DNA of 64,000 bases from NCBI RefSeq assembly GCF_001194135.2, contig NC_068997.1, positions 30,614,922 to 30,678,921 of the forward strand, written 5' to 3'. The number at the start of each line of letters is the position of its first letter. The stretch's first letter is position 1. The translations under genes were made by a program, and so were the position numbers. A model generated the notes under the pieces. That model searched no databases. It was not told where the DNA came from and saw only the letters and a list, made by a program, of their open reading frames with translations. This document shows positions 26,304-39,270 of this stretch, one piece after another. The DNA is from Octopus bimaculoides. Its lineage: Eukaryota.

Positions 26304-27221
26304 TAATAAATATTGTTTTGTTAAAAAATATTTAAATTAAATGAAACCCACCTGTCTATATATTTCCTTTAAAATTAATAATTTTTTTAGGATAATGAGA
26401 AATGTAATTATAATTGTAAAAAATATTAGATTCTATATCTTCACTGTATATAAAATGTTTATATTGAAATAAAGTGCATAATACGAACATGCCAAAAAGC
26501 AAAAATGCAAAAATTCATTCTGTAAAATAATTTTCCATATAATATTGAATATTAATGTAATACTAATCTTATTACAAAATCAAGAAATAAATGAGCTATA
26601 TCTATATAGAGTAAGAAGAGCTAGCAAGAAGAGGTATGAGAATATATCAACTGTATAGTAAGAAGAGAATCTGATCATATGAATAGTAAAAGCCATGGCT
26701 AGTGGTAAATTTTAAAAAATGCAAAAATAGCCAATGCATCAACCATAAGGCAGGAGGAGCCACCTGACTGTGTTAGGGCAAAGTTAGGTTGTTAGTCGAA
26801 ATTCATGTAAAATAAAAATAAATTCAGCTACTGTTCTTGTCAACTTGCCTGAAAATAAAATAATCTGAATCTTGCTACTATGAAAATCCAGTCATACCAT
26901 ATGAAAGTAAAAACCCTGTCAGTTTACCCTAAGAAATAATAATCCAAATTCTGCTACTCTTAATACTGAATTAAAGTTTAAAAGCAAACAAAAAAAAAAA
27001 AACAACAACTCAGTTCTATATTTAAGAGATGAGGAATTATGTACATTATTTACATTTGATGGAAGTCTGATGCAGGCTTCAGCTTGGCTAGCTCTTGTGA
27101 AACCGTCTGACCCATGCTAGCATGGAAGGCAGACATTAAATGATGATGATAATGATGATGACACAGCAGTATGTGAATAATATTCTTAAGGTCAACATTT
27201 ACTCACTCCATAATTGCCTAC

Positions 27222-27460
27222 GGGCATATGGCATAATGATTAAGAGCGTGGGCTACTAACCCCAAAATTCTGAGTTCGATTCCAGGTAGTGACCTGAATA
27301 ATAATAATGATAATAACATCGAAAAAAACACTTAGGAACGAGGACCCAGGTTCGAAATTTCCCCAAAACACCTGATGAAAGCTGGAAGGTATATCAGCCA
27401 AAACATATTAAAAACAAACAAGATGAGGACAAATATCCGTCAAATGTAGATAATGTAAAA
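27222..27460 (+). mobile_element. tRNA-headed SINE containing a decayed hammerhead-like motif
   Basis: A box TGGCATAATGATT, B box GAGTTCGATTCC; internal acac-CTGATGA-aagctg..cagcc-AAAA-cat at 27367-27410. Confidence 0.75.
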
Positions 27461-27656
27461 AAAAAACTCATTAAAACTTCAGAATTGCTTTTGTTTGTTT
27501 CATAAAATTTCCTCATCGTATAATGATTTTGATTTCATTTTGTGATTGACAACTATGATGCAGAAAATACCAGCTTCTAAATCATTTTTTTTTTTTTGAT
27601 TAGGTGAAAGTGATTAAACTTTAAACCTCAATAACATTTTTCTGGAAGAAGCATAA

Positions 27657-27688
<32 letters not shown>

Positions 27689-27856
27689 CTGTGTGTGTGT
27701 GTGTGTAAGTATTTATTTATGATGGACAGCAGTAAAGAGTCCATTTGTCATCAATTGTTGTCAACTTACCCCTCTCTCCTTAATGCTACATATTTGTCAC
27801 ACTCACCTTTGTTTCTCTTCAGGGGCATTTTAAAAGTTACTTATGTGTATGTGCAT

Positions 27857-27904
<48 letters not shown>

Positions 27905-27944
27905 ATTTACTAAACTATGTATGCAGCATCTTGTGTATATCTCT

Positions 27945-28170
27945 TAAGTGGATATCAGGCGTTATTCTTCCCTTTTTGACCTTACATATTTGAAATCTCA
28001 GCTTCTTTTTCTACTGAACCAAATTTCAAATTTTGTAGCTCAAAATGTACCTTAGGAGGTGACCAATCTAAAAATGTATAAACACCATCAAATTTGGTAA
28101 AAATCTGTATTAGTGACAAAGCCTAGAAGTGGTCACGAGTGAGTAAATGTTGACCTTCAGAATATTATTC
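27945..28170 (+). repeat. Dispersed repeat, second copy at about 29890-30105
   Basis: Shared ttcaaattttgtagct.aaaatgta..ta.gga.gtga.caatctaaaaatgt and agaagtggtc..ga..gagtaaa.tgtt..aatattattcacacact. Confidence 0.7.
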
Positions 28171-28179
28171 ACACACTGC

Positions 28180-28560
28180 TGTGTCATCATCCCCATCGTT
28201 TAACATCCGCCTTCAATGTTAGCATGGGTCAGACGGTCTCACAAGAGCTGGCCAAGCCAAAGCCTGCACCAGACTTCTGTGACTGTTTTGGCAGGATTTT
28301 TACAGCTGGATGCCCTCCCTAACATCAACCACTCAGCAGAATGTACTTAGTGCTTTTTACATGGGATAAGCACAGGCAAGGTCAGTAGTGCTTTTTATGT
28401 AGCACAAACACGGGTGAGATCAGTTTTGGCAAGGTTGTTACAGCTGGATGCTCTTCAGAACATCAACCAGTTTACAGTGTGGACTGGGGGCTTTTGAAGT
28501 GGCACCTACTCTGCCAGGGTCACCAAGTACTTGGAAGACAAAAGACTTTCAGTGGAGGAG
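28180..28560 (-). mobile_element. SINE or RTE 3'-tail-derived repeat
   Basis: catcatccccatcgtttaacatccgcc..catggg is the reverse complement of the RTE/SINE tail at 11300-11360 and 53700-53745. Confidence 0.6.
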
Positions 28561-28647
28561 GAGGTGACCTGGTGTTGGATGATGAAAGGTTATAGTGAGA
28601 CAGATACAGATGCCTTGCTGTAAAGGAAGTACAAGGTTACCTGGATG

Positions 28648-28689
<42 letters not shown>

Positions 28690-31389
28690 TCAGAAATGAA
28701 AACGGAAACAGGTGCGCTACTGCAAAGGAAATACACAGCTACCCAACCTGAGAGAAGTGCAGCAGAAGGAAAGAGAGTGGGAGACAGCAGGATAGAGATG
28801 GTGGCAAAATGCCGGGCATACTCACAAGGAATGGGGATCAGAATATAAATGGGATGACTGAGGAAAGGAAGAGAGAGATTTAGATGGTGGCAAGTGCCAG
28901 GGTATACTCTTGAGATTTCAACAACATAATATGTGGCAGGATGTTGCGAAGGGAGTGTAATTAGAGAGTATGAGTAAATGGCAGAAAACTTGAGCATATA
29001 TAGAATCGGGGGACTACTGGATAGCTAAGATACAGAGGAACAGGGCCATGAAGACAGGATTGGGAAGTGAGAGCTAGGCATAGTGTATGTAGAAGGAAAT
29101 GTGAGAAAGAGAAGAGAGGTGGAGATGTAGATTGGTTTGTTGTGGTAGAGTGTGTGAAAAGTTTTCTTGTTAAGTGTGTGTAAGACACACAGCGTGTGTG
29201 AATAATATTTATTACAATAGCTACTTATTACAATATAGTCTATTCTATGAATATGAGGTAGATCTTTGCAAGAAACCTAAATACTGAATTGAATCAAACA
29301 TTTTGCAATATTAGTTTTCAATTTTGGCTGAAGACCAAATCCGGAGGGGAGGGAAGTTGATTACATTGACCCCAGTGCTCAGCTGATACTCATTTTATTG
29401 AGTACTGTAAAGATAAAAGGCAAGGATGACCTTGGTGGAATATGAACTCAGAATGTAGAGACAGACGAAATGTCATAGAGCTTCCACCCTATCAGAATAT
29501 TATTTACATACGGTAGTTTGTGAATATTTTTTGAAAAGATTAGCATCACGACACTCGCTTTGATGAGTCCTATCATATGAGGTAATAAAGTGAAAGTTTT
29601 GAATTTGCTTTTTTCAGCACATTTTATCCCCAGTAGTGTTTTAGTAATTAATCTAGTGGCGATCTATCAGGAATTTGGATATAGTTATCTTTTGAAATAA
29701 GAATAATATATGGAGTCAAATTCGACTTCAGGCATTAATCTTCTATTTTTGGCCGGTTTTCACCTCAGTACTTTTTCTACTGAATATTTTTGTATATAAG
29801 TAGCATGGATAAATTTCTCTTGCCGTGATCTATCATGTAAGCTAAAAGAAAATACAAATTCATTTAAAGGAAAAATATTTGGACTCAAAGTTGATTTCAG
29901 GCGTTACTCTCTTGTTATTGACCTCATATATTTTACTGAAACTTTTTTCTACCAAGGCAATTTTCAAATTTTGTAGCTGAAAATGTAGCTAAGGATGTGA
30001 ACAATCTAAAAATGTGGACATCATCTAATTTGGTTAAAAACTGAGTTAGAAGTGGTCGTGACAGAGTAAAATGTTAACATTAAGAATATTATTCACACAC
30101 TATTGTGTGTGAATGATATATATATATATATAAAAACAAATAGTAAATGAGTATATGCATATATACGTACAGGTATGTGCATACCGACATCCACCTGTAT
30201 GTATAGGTGCATATCTGGGTACAGGACATTGCAAACAAACGTAGACGAGAACACACGAGCCACATAGAGAACATTTTCCTTCATCAGCCACCCACGTTTT
30301 AACACCGGCGTTTCGACGAGCTTGGGCAGGACACATCGCTANNNNNNNNNNTGACCATGCCGGTGTAAAGGGAAGAGAGAGAGTGGTAGAGGGAGGAAGT
30401 AGAAGAATAGGTGAGCAACGAGAGGAAAAGAGAAAGAGAGGAAATACGAGGGGGAAAAAGAGATACGTAGTAGTAACAGAGGAAGAACGAGAGGGGTAAA
30501 GCGAGATACGTAGTAGTACAGAGGAAGATATATATATATATATCATCATCATCATCATCATCTTCATCATTTAATGTCCATTTTCCATTTTCTATGAATA
30601 TTATTATACTTTGAAACTGTAAGATCTGAGTTCCCAACGACAAACAACACGTACGTCTATCTCAGTTTGTTAACTTAGGGGTTCTAACTTAGATGGTTAA
30701 ATTTGTTATCCCACTTTGGTGCATCGGTTAGCATGGCTAAATAATTTACTGGAGAGATAGTATTCTATTCCTATAAATGTTCTTAGAACATTTTTTCTAT
30801 CTTCTTGTTTATAAGATATACCATCCCTTGATTGTCTTACATCTGGGGAAATTAGGAACTGGCTCTACTGATATGAAAAATAGTAGTTAGGCTCCATCTT
30901 ATCTAAAATAATTTTCCACCTCTAATAATATGTAAACTAGCAGCTTACTTAACAAATATCAAGACTACTAGTCTGGTCTACCAGTATTATATACAGTAGC
31001 TCATTGTTCGAATACTGAAAACAGTATCCAATAATTCTAAAATGAAAACTACTACATTGGCCATAATAACATGACATAAAGAAGCCTGCTGTAAATGTAT
31101 TGCATATGGTTGCTCGATCTTCCTATTGGAAAACTGGTAGATGGCTCTACCAGTCTGAAGAATAATAGCTTGGTCTACCGGCATAAAAAATAGTAGCCTG
31201 TTGTATCAATGTTGGAGAATATATAAAAATATTTCAAAAAATAGCATACAGCATTCTTTTTATAAAAAAAAACAAAAAAAAATGAATGAAATTCTCAACA
31301 AACCATTCGTTTTAGTTTATGCAAATAGAACTAATCAAGAATTATAGAAAATTAAAAATAATTACTTATCTGATTTTCTGAGCACTTAC

Positions 31390-31465
31390 CAATATAGATG
31401 CTTTTAGTGGAAAGCTTGGAACACAGTATGAGATAGTTCTTTGAAACTTTAAACTATTCGTGTTG
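31390..31465 (-). CDS. Candidate exon W, copy A (76 nt, phase 2 to 0; NTNSLKFQRTISYCVPSFPLKASIL)
   Basis: ttattttacAG acceptor and GTAAGT donor, both conserved in copy B; only this phase is open. Confidence 0.4.
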
Positions 31466-32094
31466 CTGTAAAATAAGTAAATGAGAAAATTCCTGATTAG
31501 TAAAGTGAATTTGACATGATGAGTCTAGAGACTAATATTTCAGTCTTTATCATTCAAAAGAGAGCGAAAAGTAGAAGAAAAGTTGTGTTGTTGTTTGGAA
31601 TAGAATCAAGGAAATGGAAATGGAATTAAAATTTAAGGAATTGTGTAGCAGGTGGAAAGTTATAACCTGAGAGAGTGATTCGGTCAGAAATGAAGGGTGA
31701 GAGGGGAAGAAAGAGTAAAGGAATCTAAGAAATTAAGACAAAAATTAGAAAGAGGCATTTTCTCAAAGGAAGACAAGTAAAAATATACTGAAAATTCTAA
31801 GAGTGATAGAAAGGTGGAGGGACTATTTGTGACAGGGACATGTGACAAAGGAAAGGAATCATACCTTAAAAACAGATCTATTTACAGATACATAAATATT
31901 TACTACAGTCCCAATATAACATGGGTTATTATTAGATTAATATATCAAATAATATCCATATATATTTAGTGTTTCTTTGCAATTGTGACCGATGAAGTCT
32001 CAACCATTAAGGATAAGAATCGAAGTGACTAGTTTTATAGTTTCTTTGCAATTCACCAAGAGCCAAAGAATACATATGGCTATTATCACATATA

Positions 32095-32375
32095 TGTGAA
32101 GGTGCATAGTTTGGTGGTTGGGATATTTGGCCCATGATCATAAGGGCTTCAGTCCAATATCTGGCAGTGCATTTGTGTGCTTGGGCAAGACACTTTCATG
32201 TTGCTTCAGTCAATGCAGCTGGCAAAAATGAGTTGTCCCTGTATTACAAAGGGCCAGACTTGTCAAATTCAGTGTGTCATACTGAATCTCAATGAGAACT
32301 GCAACAAGGGTACACATGTCTAAGGAATGCTCAGCCACTTGCAGTGTTAATTTCAAAACATGGCTGAACCATTGA
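32095..32375 (+). mobile_element. tRNA-derived SINE shared by copies A and B
   Basis: gaaggtgcat..gtggtt..cttgggcaagacact..gcaaaaatgagttg..ctcagccacttgca; orthologous to 43975-44310. Confidence 0.8.
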
Positions 32376-33905
32376 TCCATAATTTATTTATTCCTAACTT
32401 ATAGTGTAGTAATTGTTATCCAGCCATCAATCTTTTACTGTTATGCAAATCAGTTATGACTAGACACATGCATGTTTACATTTTAACAAATAACAAACAA
32501 ACATTTGATAAAAAATATAAAAACTTCAGTATATTAAGTTGTTTGGGAAATGAATAAGTCATCAAATGCTTCTTTTTAGGTAAAGAAGAGAGAAATTAAG
32601 GGAAATACTGTGTGCTATTTCAGGGCATATTGGTAACAGACACAAGTAGTGAGTAGATGGTACATATAGGTTTTAATAGAAGAAAGTGAGGAACTATTAT
32701 TATTGTGGTTGTTGTTTTCTGCACAGGTCATCCCTGATTGCACAGTCATACAACACACAGATAGTTTAGCAAACAAGAAGGTATGAACCAGAGATTCATC
32801 TTGCCAGTTCTACCATGTCTCCATCTGAGACTACAGTACACATGCACACTAAGACATTCAATTATGAAATGTATGGTATGTAGCACAGCAGTCTGGAAAT
32901 ATTGCAATCTCTCTACTCTCTCCAGTGAACAATACCAAATGCTGGTGAGCAAGCAGTCTATCAAACTGCCTTGTCTATGTAGTATACAAGAACAACACTT
33001 TGAGAATATAATTTCCCAAATCGAATCTGTTGGGCATCTCCATTGTGTTTTCAATCTATTCCTACACAACCTTTCCTTACTTCCTTAATACACATAGACA
33101 GCTTCATATGCAGACAACATAAACACTCACATCCTTCAATCAAATTACTAAGAAACCTGGTCCTAAAACAAGCTTACGAGAAACACATGGGGCTTTTCTG
33201 GGTCTGCAAGTCATTCTTGGAGAGAGTGAAGTATATGAAATGGAAACCTGTAACCAGGATCAAATGGTTAATATTGGAAACGTCATGGGGTTGAGTTACT
33301 AACACATGTAAAGATGAGACAGGTGTGAAGATGATTGGTCAACATGTAGGTGGAAGTTACAGATTTCTCCAATACCACACTTCATCCACCAGCCAAATTC
33401 TTTCTGGACAATGATTGGTTTTCCTTTTAGAAGCATCCATCAGTAACTAGAATTGGTTATTAATTTGTTTTACCCAAATTCCTTCCTTTCGCTTTTCAAC
33501 CTCCTCCTCTACACTTGATTAACTGTCCCTTTATAGGTACTGTCACCCACTGGAATTAAAAACTGCTCCTTTTTCTGTAAGTCCTTCCCTCATTTTTCAC
33601 GCACCACATATACATGCATATTCACACTACTTGAATCTTACCCTCACCCTCTCACATATACATACTGTATAGTGACACACACCTGTCACTCTTTACTCTT
33701 TCCTTATTTCATTTTCAGCTATTTTTTCTTATTTCGTTTACACTTACCCTCTCACACATAAATGCTGTATAGGGGCATACACCTCACAACACACACCTGT
33801 CAACACACAGATGTTGCTCTTCATTCTTTCCTTATTTCTCTTTATTTGAGTTCCACATAGACTTCAACAACCCATTTCCACTCTCCTCTACTAGAAATCA
33901 CATAC

Positions 33906-33943
33906 CTGCTACCCATTCCTGTATCCATTACTATGATGACCAT
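33906..33943 (-). CDS. Candidate exon Z, copy A (38 nt; MVIIVMDTGMGS in phase 0, or DGHHSNGYRNG-stop in phase 1)
   Basis: gtcttatttcAG acceptor, CAG|GTATGT donor; copy B (45113-45150) keeps the acceptor but has AT instead of GT. Confidence 0.3.
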
Positions 33944-34173
33944 CTGAAATAAGACATGGACAATCCATTTCTCCTTCCTTTAATTTTCTCTCTTTTCCCT
34001 CTTAAAATAGATAGTCTTTTGCTTCAATCTTTGTTATCTTTCCTTTTTCCACTTCACTTAATTCACTGTCTTTATTTTACAATTCTCATATTTTACTTTG
34101 AATTATTTTTGTTGAGGAACACAAAAACCAAGATTTCTCATAAATTGATCTTCATTCTTTAATTGTTGCTTAC

Positions 34174-34208
34174 TCCTCAACATCTTGAGAAGGAGATGAA
34201 ACTGTATT
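34174..34208 (-). CDS. Candidate exon Y, copy A (35 nt; copy B 45379-45412 is 34 nt)
   Basis: acaattctacAG / acaattctgtAG acceptors and GTAAGC donors in both copies; 1-nt length difference. Confidence 0.3.
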
Positions 34209-34463
34209 CTGTAGAATTGTTAAGTAACAATAAAAAAACTGTTTATTTTAATCTTCATCCCAAACTGCCACAAATCATCGGTTTGATGTAACCTTTTGTG
34301 ACTTACTCATACTTAAAATTTATAAGAAAATATAATAGAGTGAATATAATAATATATGTTGTGTCTGGCTCTCATTCGTCTTCCATGATTAAATCTTTTC
34401 ATTTTAAACATACAAACTTAACTCAAGTCTCTTGCCAGAAAATAGAATTCCCAAATCAGTAAA

Positions 34464-34464
<1 letters not shown>

Positions 34465-34539
<75 letters not shown>

Positions 34540-34542
34540 CCT
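34465..34542. repeat. (TC)n microsatellite
   Basis: Seen directly. Confidence 0.95.
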
Positions 34543-35110
34543 ATGCATGAATATAATTAAAATTATAATTACAATTATAATTACAATTATAAATACAAAT
34601 CAGTTTCAATTATAAATACAAATCAGTTTCAATTTTGGTTTAATTTACATAAATCTGTTTCTTATATGATAAGAGAAAGAAATCAATTTCATAGAATCTA
34701 AACTGTTTCACCAATAATAATGTGTATGATTGTTAAAATCATTAATGCTATACCTATCTGAAGATATATAAGCATAGAGAAATGATGGATTGCTATATAA
34801 AATGCCAACCAAATTTTGAATTTTTTGAGCCTTCTTTTGATTTCTGTCTTTCTGATGTTTATAAATAATGCCAGTGATAGAGTCGAGTAAGATTTGGAAG
34901 AATAAGAATTCAGTGTAATTCCAACATATTATGAGAAAAGATTTATATGGAAATTCAATAATAAACTGATTTATAAGAAGTTTTTGTTTAGCATTTACTA
35001 GGATAATCTCAGCTGAGTGAAGTTGTTAAATTCATTCTACACCATAGCTGAAATTCTAACATATATATACTTATATATTATCAAATTTAACAATGTGTTC
35101 CTTGCATTAC

Positions 35111-35142
35111 CTCTCTTCTTCTATGCTGTATTTAACAAAGTT
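35111..35142 (-). CDS. Candidate micro-exon X, copy A (32 nt, phase 0 to 2; NFVKYSIEEE)
   Basis: tttcttttgttttcAG acceptor, GAG|GTAATG donor; only phase 0 is open. Confidence 0.4.
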
Positions 35143-36744
35143 CTGAAAACAAAAGAAATGATATTGAATATTAGAGAAACATGATGGAGTTCCAAGGACT
35201 GACATTAATTCTATATCACAGAGTCTCAAATTTTACAACAAATCATACAGAGAAGACATAACTGAATACAAATAGTACAAGATATGAATGTAGCCACAAT
35301 TATCTGGTGGAGATAATCCAATCCATTTAATACAAGTACATGATTTCTTTTTCTCTTATTTATAGTTTTTACACTGGTACACTGGTTTTGACATGGGATT
35401 TGAATGGATGAAATCCTCTGGATAGAAACAGTACCACATGATTTTATTTAACCAATTGAAATGTTTGTATAAAACTTGTAAGCCCTGTCACACTGAGGAA
35501 TGTATGTAACACCTCAAATACTTCTTTTAAAAATGACTAAAAAGAATGGGAAAATGAGTAAAACAAACAGTTAAAAGGTTGCATTATTAAATATTTTTGC
35601 AGTTTCCATGAATTGGAAGATTCTTTAATAGATGAACCCTTAAAAATGAATTGCACCTCCAGCCTTGGCAGACCTTTTAACACCAATGTTCTAAACCTTC
35701 TTTCTATCAGACTGCTAATATTTGGAATTGGAACAAAGAATTATTTCTGAATAATACCTACAAGAATATAATGGTGGTTTCATATGACATTCATGACAGA
35801 ATATAGCTTAAAGAAATATGGCTCCTTCAAAGCCAACAGAGTCAGTGTATGTTAACCTTGCTTGGTCTCTGATGCATTTTATACATTGACAGTTCTGGCT
35901 GAGATGATGGAGGAATACAGAGAAGAGTAAGACTAATTAAAGGACACCAGAAGAAATGGTGAACTGTGACATGAGAATGCTGGGTGCTGGGTTTAACAAA
36001 TAAAATTATGCAGGGTCAAGAGGAATTGTGATATACAATATAATAGACCTATGCAACAAATGTGTGAGTACAGAAAAATAGGTGTTTAAATGATAATGAT
36101 GATATTTAATAGTATTTATCATATTGATTGTTCTATATGAAGCACATGACAACAATTTTATGGTAAGTGAAATACAAAGCTATGATAACTTCTTATTTCT
36201 CTTCAAGCAGAAAATGAAACTAAGAATTGAAACTGAAAATTAAAACCAAGTCAATGTTTCTGTTCACTTGGTATTTATCTTCCAATGTAAGAGGCTTAGG
36301 AAGGTCCAACTGGTGACTACATCCTTCAAAATCTTTCTTCCTCTGTATATGAAGCCAATACAATTCAACTTACATATTATACTCTCTAATTATTTTTCGC
36401 TTTTTGTCAATAAATAGAAACCAAATGAGACACTGAAGCTAAACACAGTCCTTTAAATCATTGGATGCTATTGAATTGTCCAACCCATGTCATCAAGGAA
36501 AATGGAAGTTACTTAATAACGACGATGATGATGATGTGGTGGAGACAAACACTAACGTCCCATGTGACAGACTTGAATAATTGTTGAGAGATATCTCTTC
36601 CTACATGGAACCAATGGTAGTCTGGATAACTCAAAAGTAAAGAATATTTATTTACTATTATGATGTTGAGAGCACTCATTCTCCCTGATTAATACTAATG
36701 CATGCAGCATGTATGTTTGTATGTATGTATGTATGTATGTGTTT

Positions 36745-36900
36745 TATCCTTATGGATAAACGAAAACACTACAACAGTGTAATAACAATATAATCGAAAC
36801 AAACGGCTAGTAACAACACGTAACAACAATCGTTTACGAATCAACAATCCAATACTTTGAACTCCAGTTTTGACTATCAACACACAAGTGTTAAACAAAA
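36745..36900 (-). mobile_element. LTR-like fragment
   Basis: Weak similarity (tgtgttgatagtc) to the LTR candidates at 8373 and 20764. Confidence 0.3.
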
Positions 36901-37039
36901 AGGGGATAATACAAGGGACAAATGGGGTCAGGGACTTATCAAATGATATGAATAAACATAATTACGAAAGAAGGTGAGACAAAAAGTAAATGGACATGGA
37001 ATGGGTTTGACTCAATCAAGCAAATTCCTACGTTGTACC

Positions 37040-37565
37040 ATTTATTTTGTCCTTTTTTTTTATATCCCGCTTAATTTGGCACTTGCATACCCAACATTCG
37101 AGCTATTCTCTTCCATCTTCTTCCGTGCATTTTTGCTGTCAGGCATTTCTTCTCCAGACGTGCTTTCCTTCTTAGGTGATATAAAAAGAGGTTTACTAAA
37201 GCATGCCTGGAGATGAAGGTTCCTGATGCAATACCTCTTCCACGCATCTTCCATATCACCTCTTTTACTATAGCTATAACAGCTAGAAAACAAAATTTCT
37301 CTTCTTTTAGAGGAGACGGCGGAACAATCTTAATAATTGACTCAGCTGACAGATGAACTCTCAGCTGTGATAGTACTTGTTCGGTAGAAACCCACAGGTC
37401 CGAGATACATGGACACTGTATGACTGCGTGCAGAACAGTTTTGCTACTTTGCCAACAACGTGGGAACGTAAGCCAAACGGTGACCCTTGCCTTGCTTGCC
37501 TGACTTACTCAGACTGCTACCATTTATATGTAGAGGTCCAGTCCATTCTCGCCAGGGGTCGTTGT
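37040..37565 (-). mobile_element. Tx1/L1-like LINE 3' fragment
   Basis: IWKMRGRGIASGTFISRHALVNLFLYHLRRKARLEKKCL matches IWKMRVKEIETGTF..LVNFFHFHLKQKIRLERRCL at 19156-19503. Confidence 0.8.
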
Positions 37566-37589
37566 ATTTTCGCACCAAATCTCCCATTT

Positions 37590-38470
37590 TGAGATTTCAT
37601 GTTCCAAAGGAATAAGGAATTTAAAAAAATATTGTAGTATCATTTTTGCTTGGGCATTATTTCAAGGTGTTCAATCTGTTTTCTTTTTCTCATGCTGGTT
37701 CTACGGGACCCTATCAAATATTTCACTGAATACTTACATGAGAATTTTTTCCTGATCTTGGGTATGCCTCTTCTTTACCTGGTTTATATGTCTCTTATGT
37801 GCCCCTTTAATTTGATACATCTAATTTCTGGTAATAATGCCATCTTCCCAGCTTTCTTTACTGTTTCTATAGGTTTTAAAATGCACTTAATCACCTATCT
37901 CGATGTATTTCCTTTATGTCTTTTTTTTCTCTGGTAATAGCTTATCAAAAATGGATTTTATTCTTCTTGCAAACATCAATTCTGTGGGAGACTTCCCCGA
38001 ATTTGTACTTGGATTGGGAGTCATTCTGTATATTCTTAAGAAATTGGTCAATGTTTTGTTGTTACTTAATCTGTTTCTCGCTTTTCTTAATGCTCTCTGA
38101 AAGTGTCCACAAATCTTTCTCCCTGCCCATTTGACCTCCAGTGGTAGGGTGGAGTGAAAATATGCTTTATTGTATGCCTTTTACAGAAGTTCTTGGATTC
38201 ATACACAGAGAACTGCATTCCGTTGTCTGAAACTAGTGTGTCAGGGACACCATATTGCACAAACAGTTCGTATAACAACTTTGTAGTCTTACAGGCTGGT
38301 TTACAGCACCTGCAAGCTTCCAGACACTTAGTACAGCTATCTATTACGATTAGGTAGTAAGCGTCGTTTACCAGTCCGGCATAGTCAATGTGTAATGTAG
38401 TCCATGGGGTCTCTGTCTCCAGCCATTATTGATATTTTACTGGTCATCCTTGCTGTATGTGGCCAAGCAG
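37590..38470 (-). mobile_element. Gypsy integrase fragment
   Basis: TPWTTLHIDYAG..YYLIVIDS, LFVQYGVPDTLVSDNG, TPPYHWRSNGQGERFVDTF, SPTELMFARRIKSIFDKLLP. Confidence 0.9.
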
Positions 38471-38489
38471 TATCTTAATGGAAGGACAA

Positions 38490-39270
38490 CTTTTGTCTGG
38501 AAACCAAAGATAGTCATTTTACTTCTAGTGCTGATATAAGCCGCTGAAGCTGCTTGCAGTAGATCTCCTTTGTTACTTGATTTGGGTTTAAAAGTTCAAA
38601 GATAATTAAACCTTTCAAATCCTACAAAATAGGTAATAATACCTTCCATGGGTGAAGACCTTCTTTAGCCTGGGGTGCTGGTTTTCTCCTTTCCCTACCC
38701 ACTGTCTTCAGTTCTTGACATTTTTTTAGAGAACCCATTTCTCCTCCTCATGTCTTGGGCCATAAAAGGTTCGTTCATGAGACGTGACAGCAAAGAAGAG
38801 CAGATATTAACTCTCTGCACAGGATTAGATACAGGATAAGATTAGAAAGTTTGAGAGGAACCCCTTGACCCAACTTGCTGACTTTTCTGGTGGCATGCAG
38901 GTATTGAAGAAAGGTGAATCTAAGCTTCTCTGCTAGTTCCTCAACAGTTACTATGGGATTTTGCAGAACATCCTCGTCGAGCTCTACAGATCTTCTAAGA
39001 TGAGGCATGTCTTCTAGGCTGTAGTTGCCAGCTCAGAATTTCTGGAACTCCTGTTGACACTGGCTTACACTTATTGTCCAATACTCATATACTGTATTAA
39101 TATTCCTTGTACTTTCCATTGTGTTGTTGCCTTTATTGAACTCATAAAGCAAAATATGCCAAATATGCTCCTTTGTCACTTCCATTATAGCGCTGAAAAA
39201 ATAACTGTTAAAATTGAACTGCACTCTTCAAAACTTACACTAAGAATAAGGTAAAATTACTACCTGCTTT
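38490..39270 (-). mobile_element. Mariner transposase fragment (N-terminal two-thirds)
   Basis: MEVTKEHIWHILLYEFNKG..QCQQEFQKF, VTVEELAEKL, KVSKLGQGVP, EKWVL, LHPWKVLL..DLKGLIIFELL, IYCKQLQRL. Confidence 0.85.

Larger units (their letters stand above)
30840..36710. repeat. Segmental duplication copy A (most complete)
   Basis: Collinear with 41042-46655 (offset about 10-11 kb) and with copy C; roughly 70-85 percent identity by eye. Confidence 0.92.

Noticed and set aside
27222-27300. tRNA gene
   Set aside because: A and B boxes are present but no complete cloverleaf; it continues into a SINE body.
28640-29200. Possible very old Penelope GIY-YIG remnant (AIY..YYVVEISR) and 135-aa minus ORF
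   Set aside because: Motif too degenerate; the ORF runs through a (GA)n tract.
30290-30370. Possible hammerhead (ACACCGG/CCGGTGT stem, ctcgtc-GAAA-cg)
   Set aside because: The core would overlap the N-gap and the visible bases are non-canonical; cannot be evaluated.
32726-32779. Plus-strand exon-like segment (cacAG...AAG|GTATGA) also present in copy B
   Set aside because: Lengths 54 versus 52 nt break frame and the interior diverges like the flanks. It shows that splice-like motifs arise by chance here, which also limits confidence in the minus-strand model.
35366-35425. Plus-strand FLHWYTGFDMGFEWMKSSG (copy B FLVWYTGFDMAFEWVKSSG) after a strong pyrimidine-AG, resembling beta-tubulin FLHWYTG
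   Set aside because: Match is only 7 residues, is not kept in copy B, and no other tubulin sequence is nearby; treated as coincidence.
35650-36700. Minus-strand hydrophobic frames in the duplicated unit vaguely like Cys-loop or chemotactile receptor TM segments (FYLLNP, LLFSVFL, RILVVKYLPWM)
   Set aside because: Stops and frameshifts in every copy, no Cys-loop or WxPD motif, wrong helix spacing; substitutions between copies look neutral.
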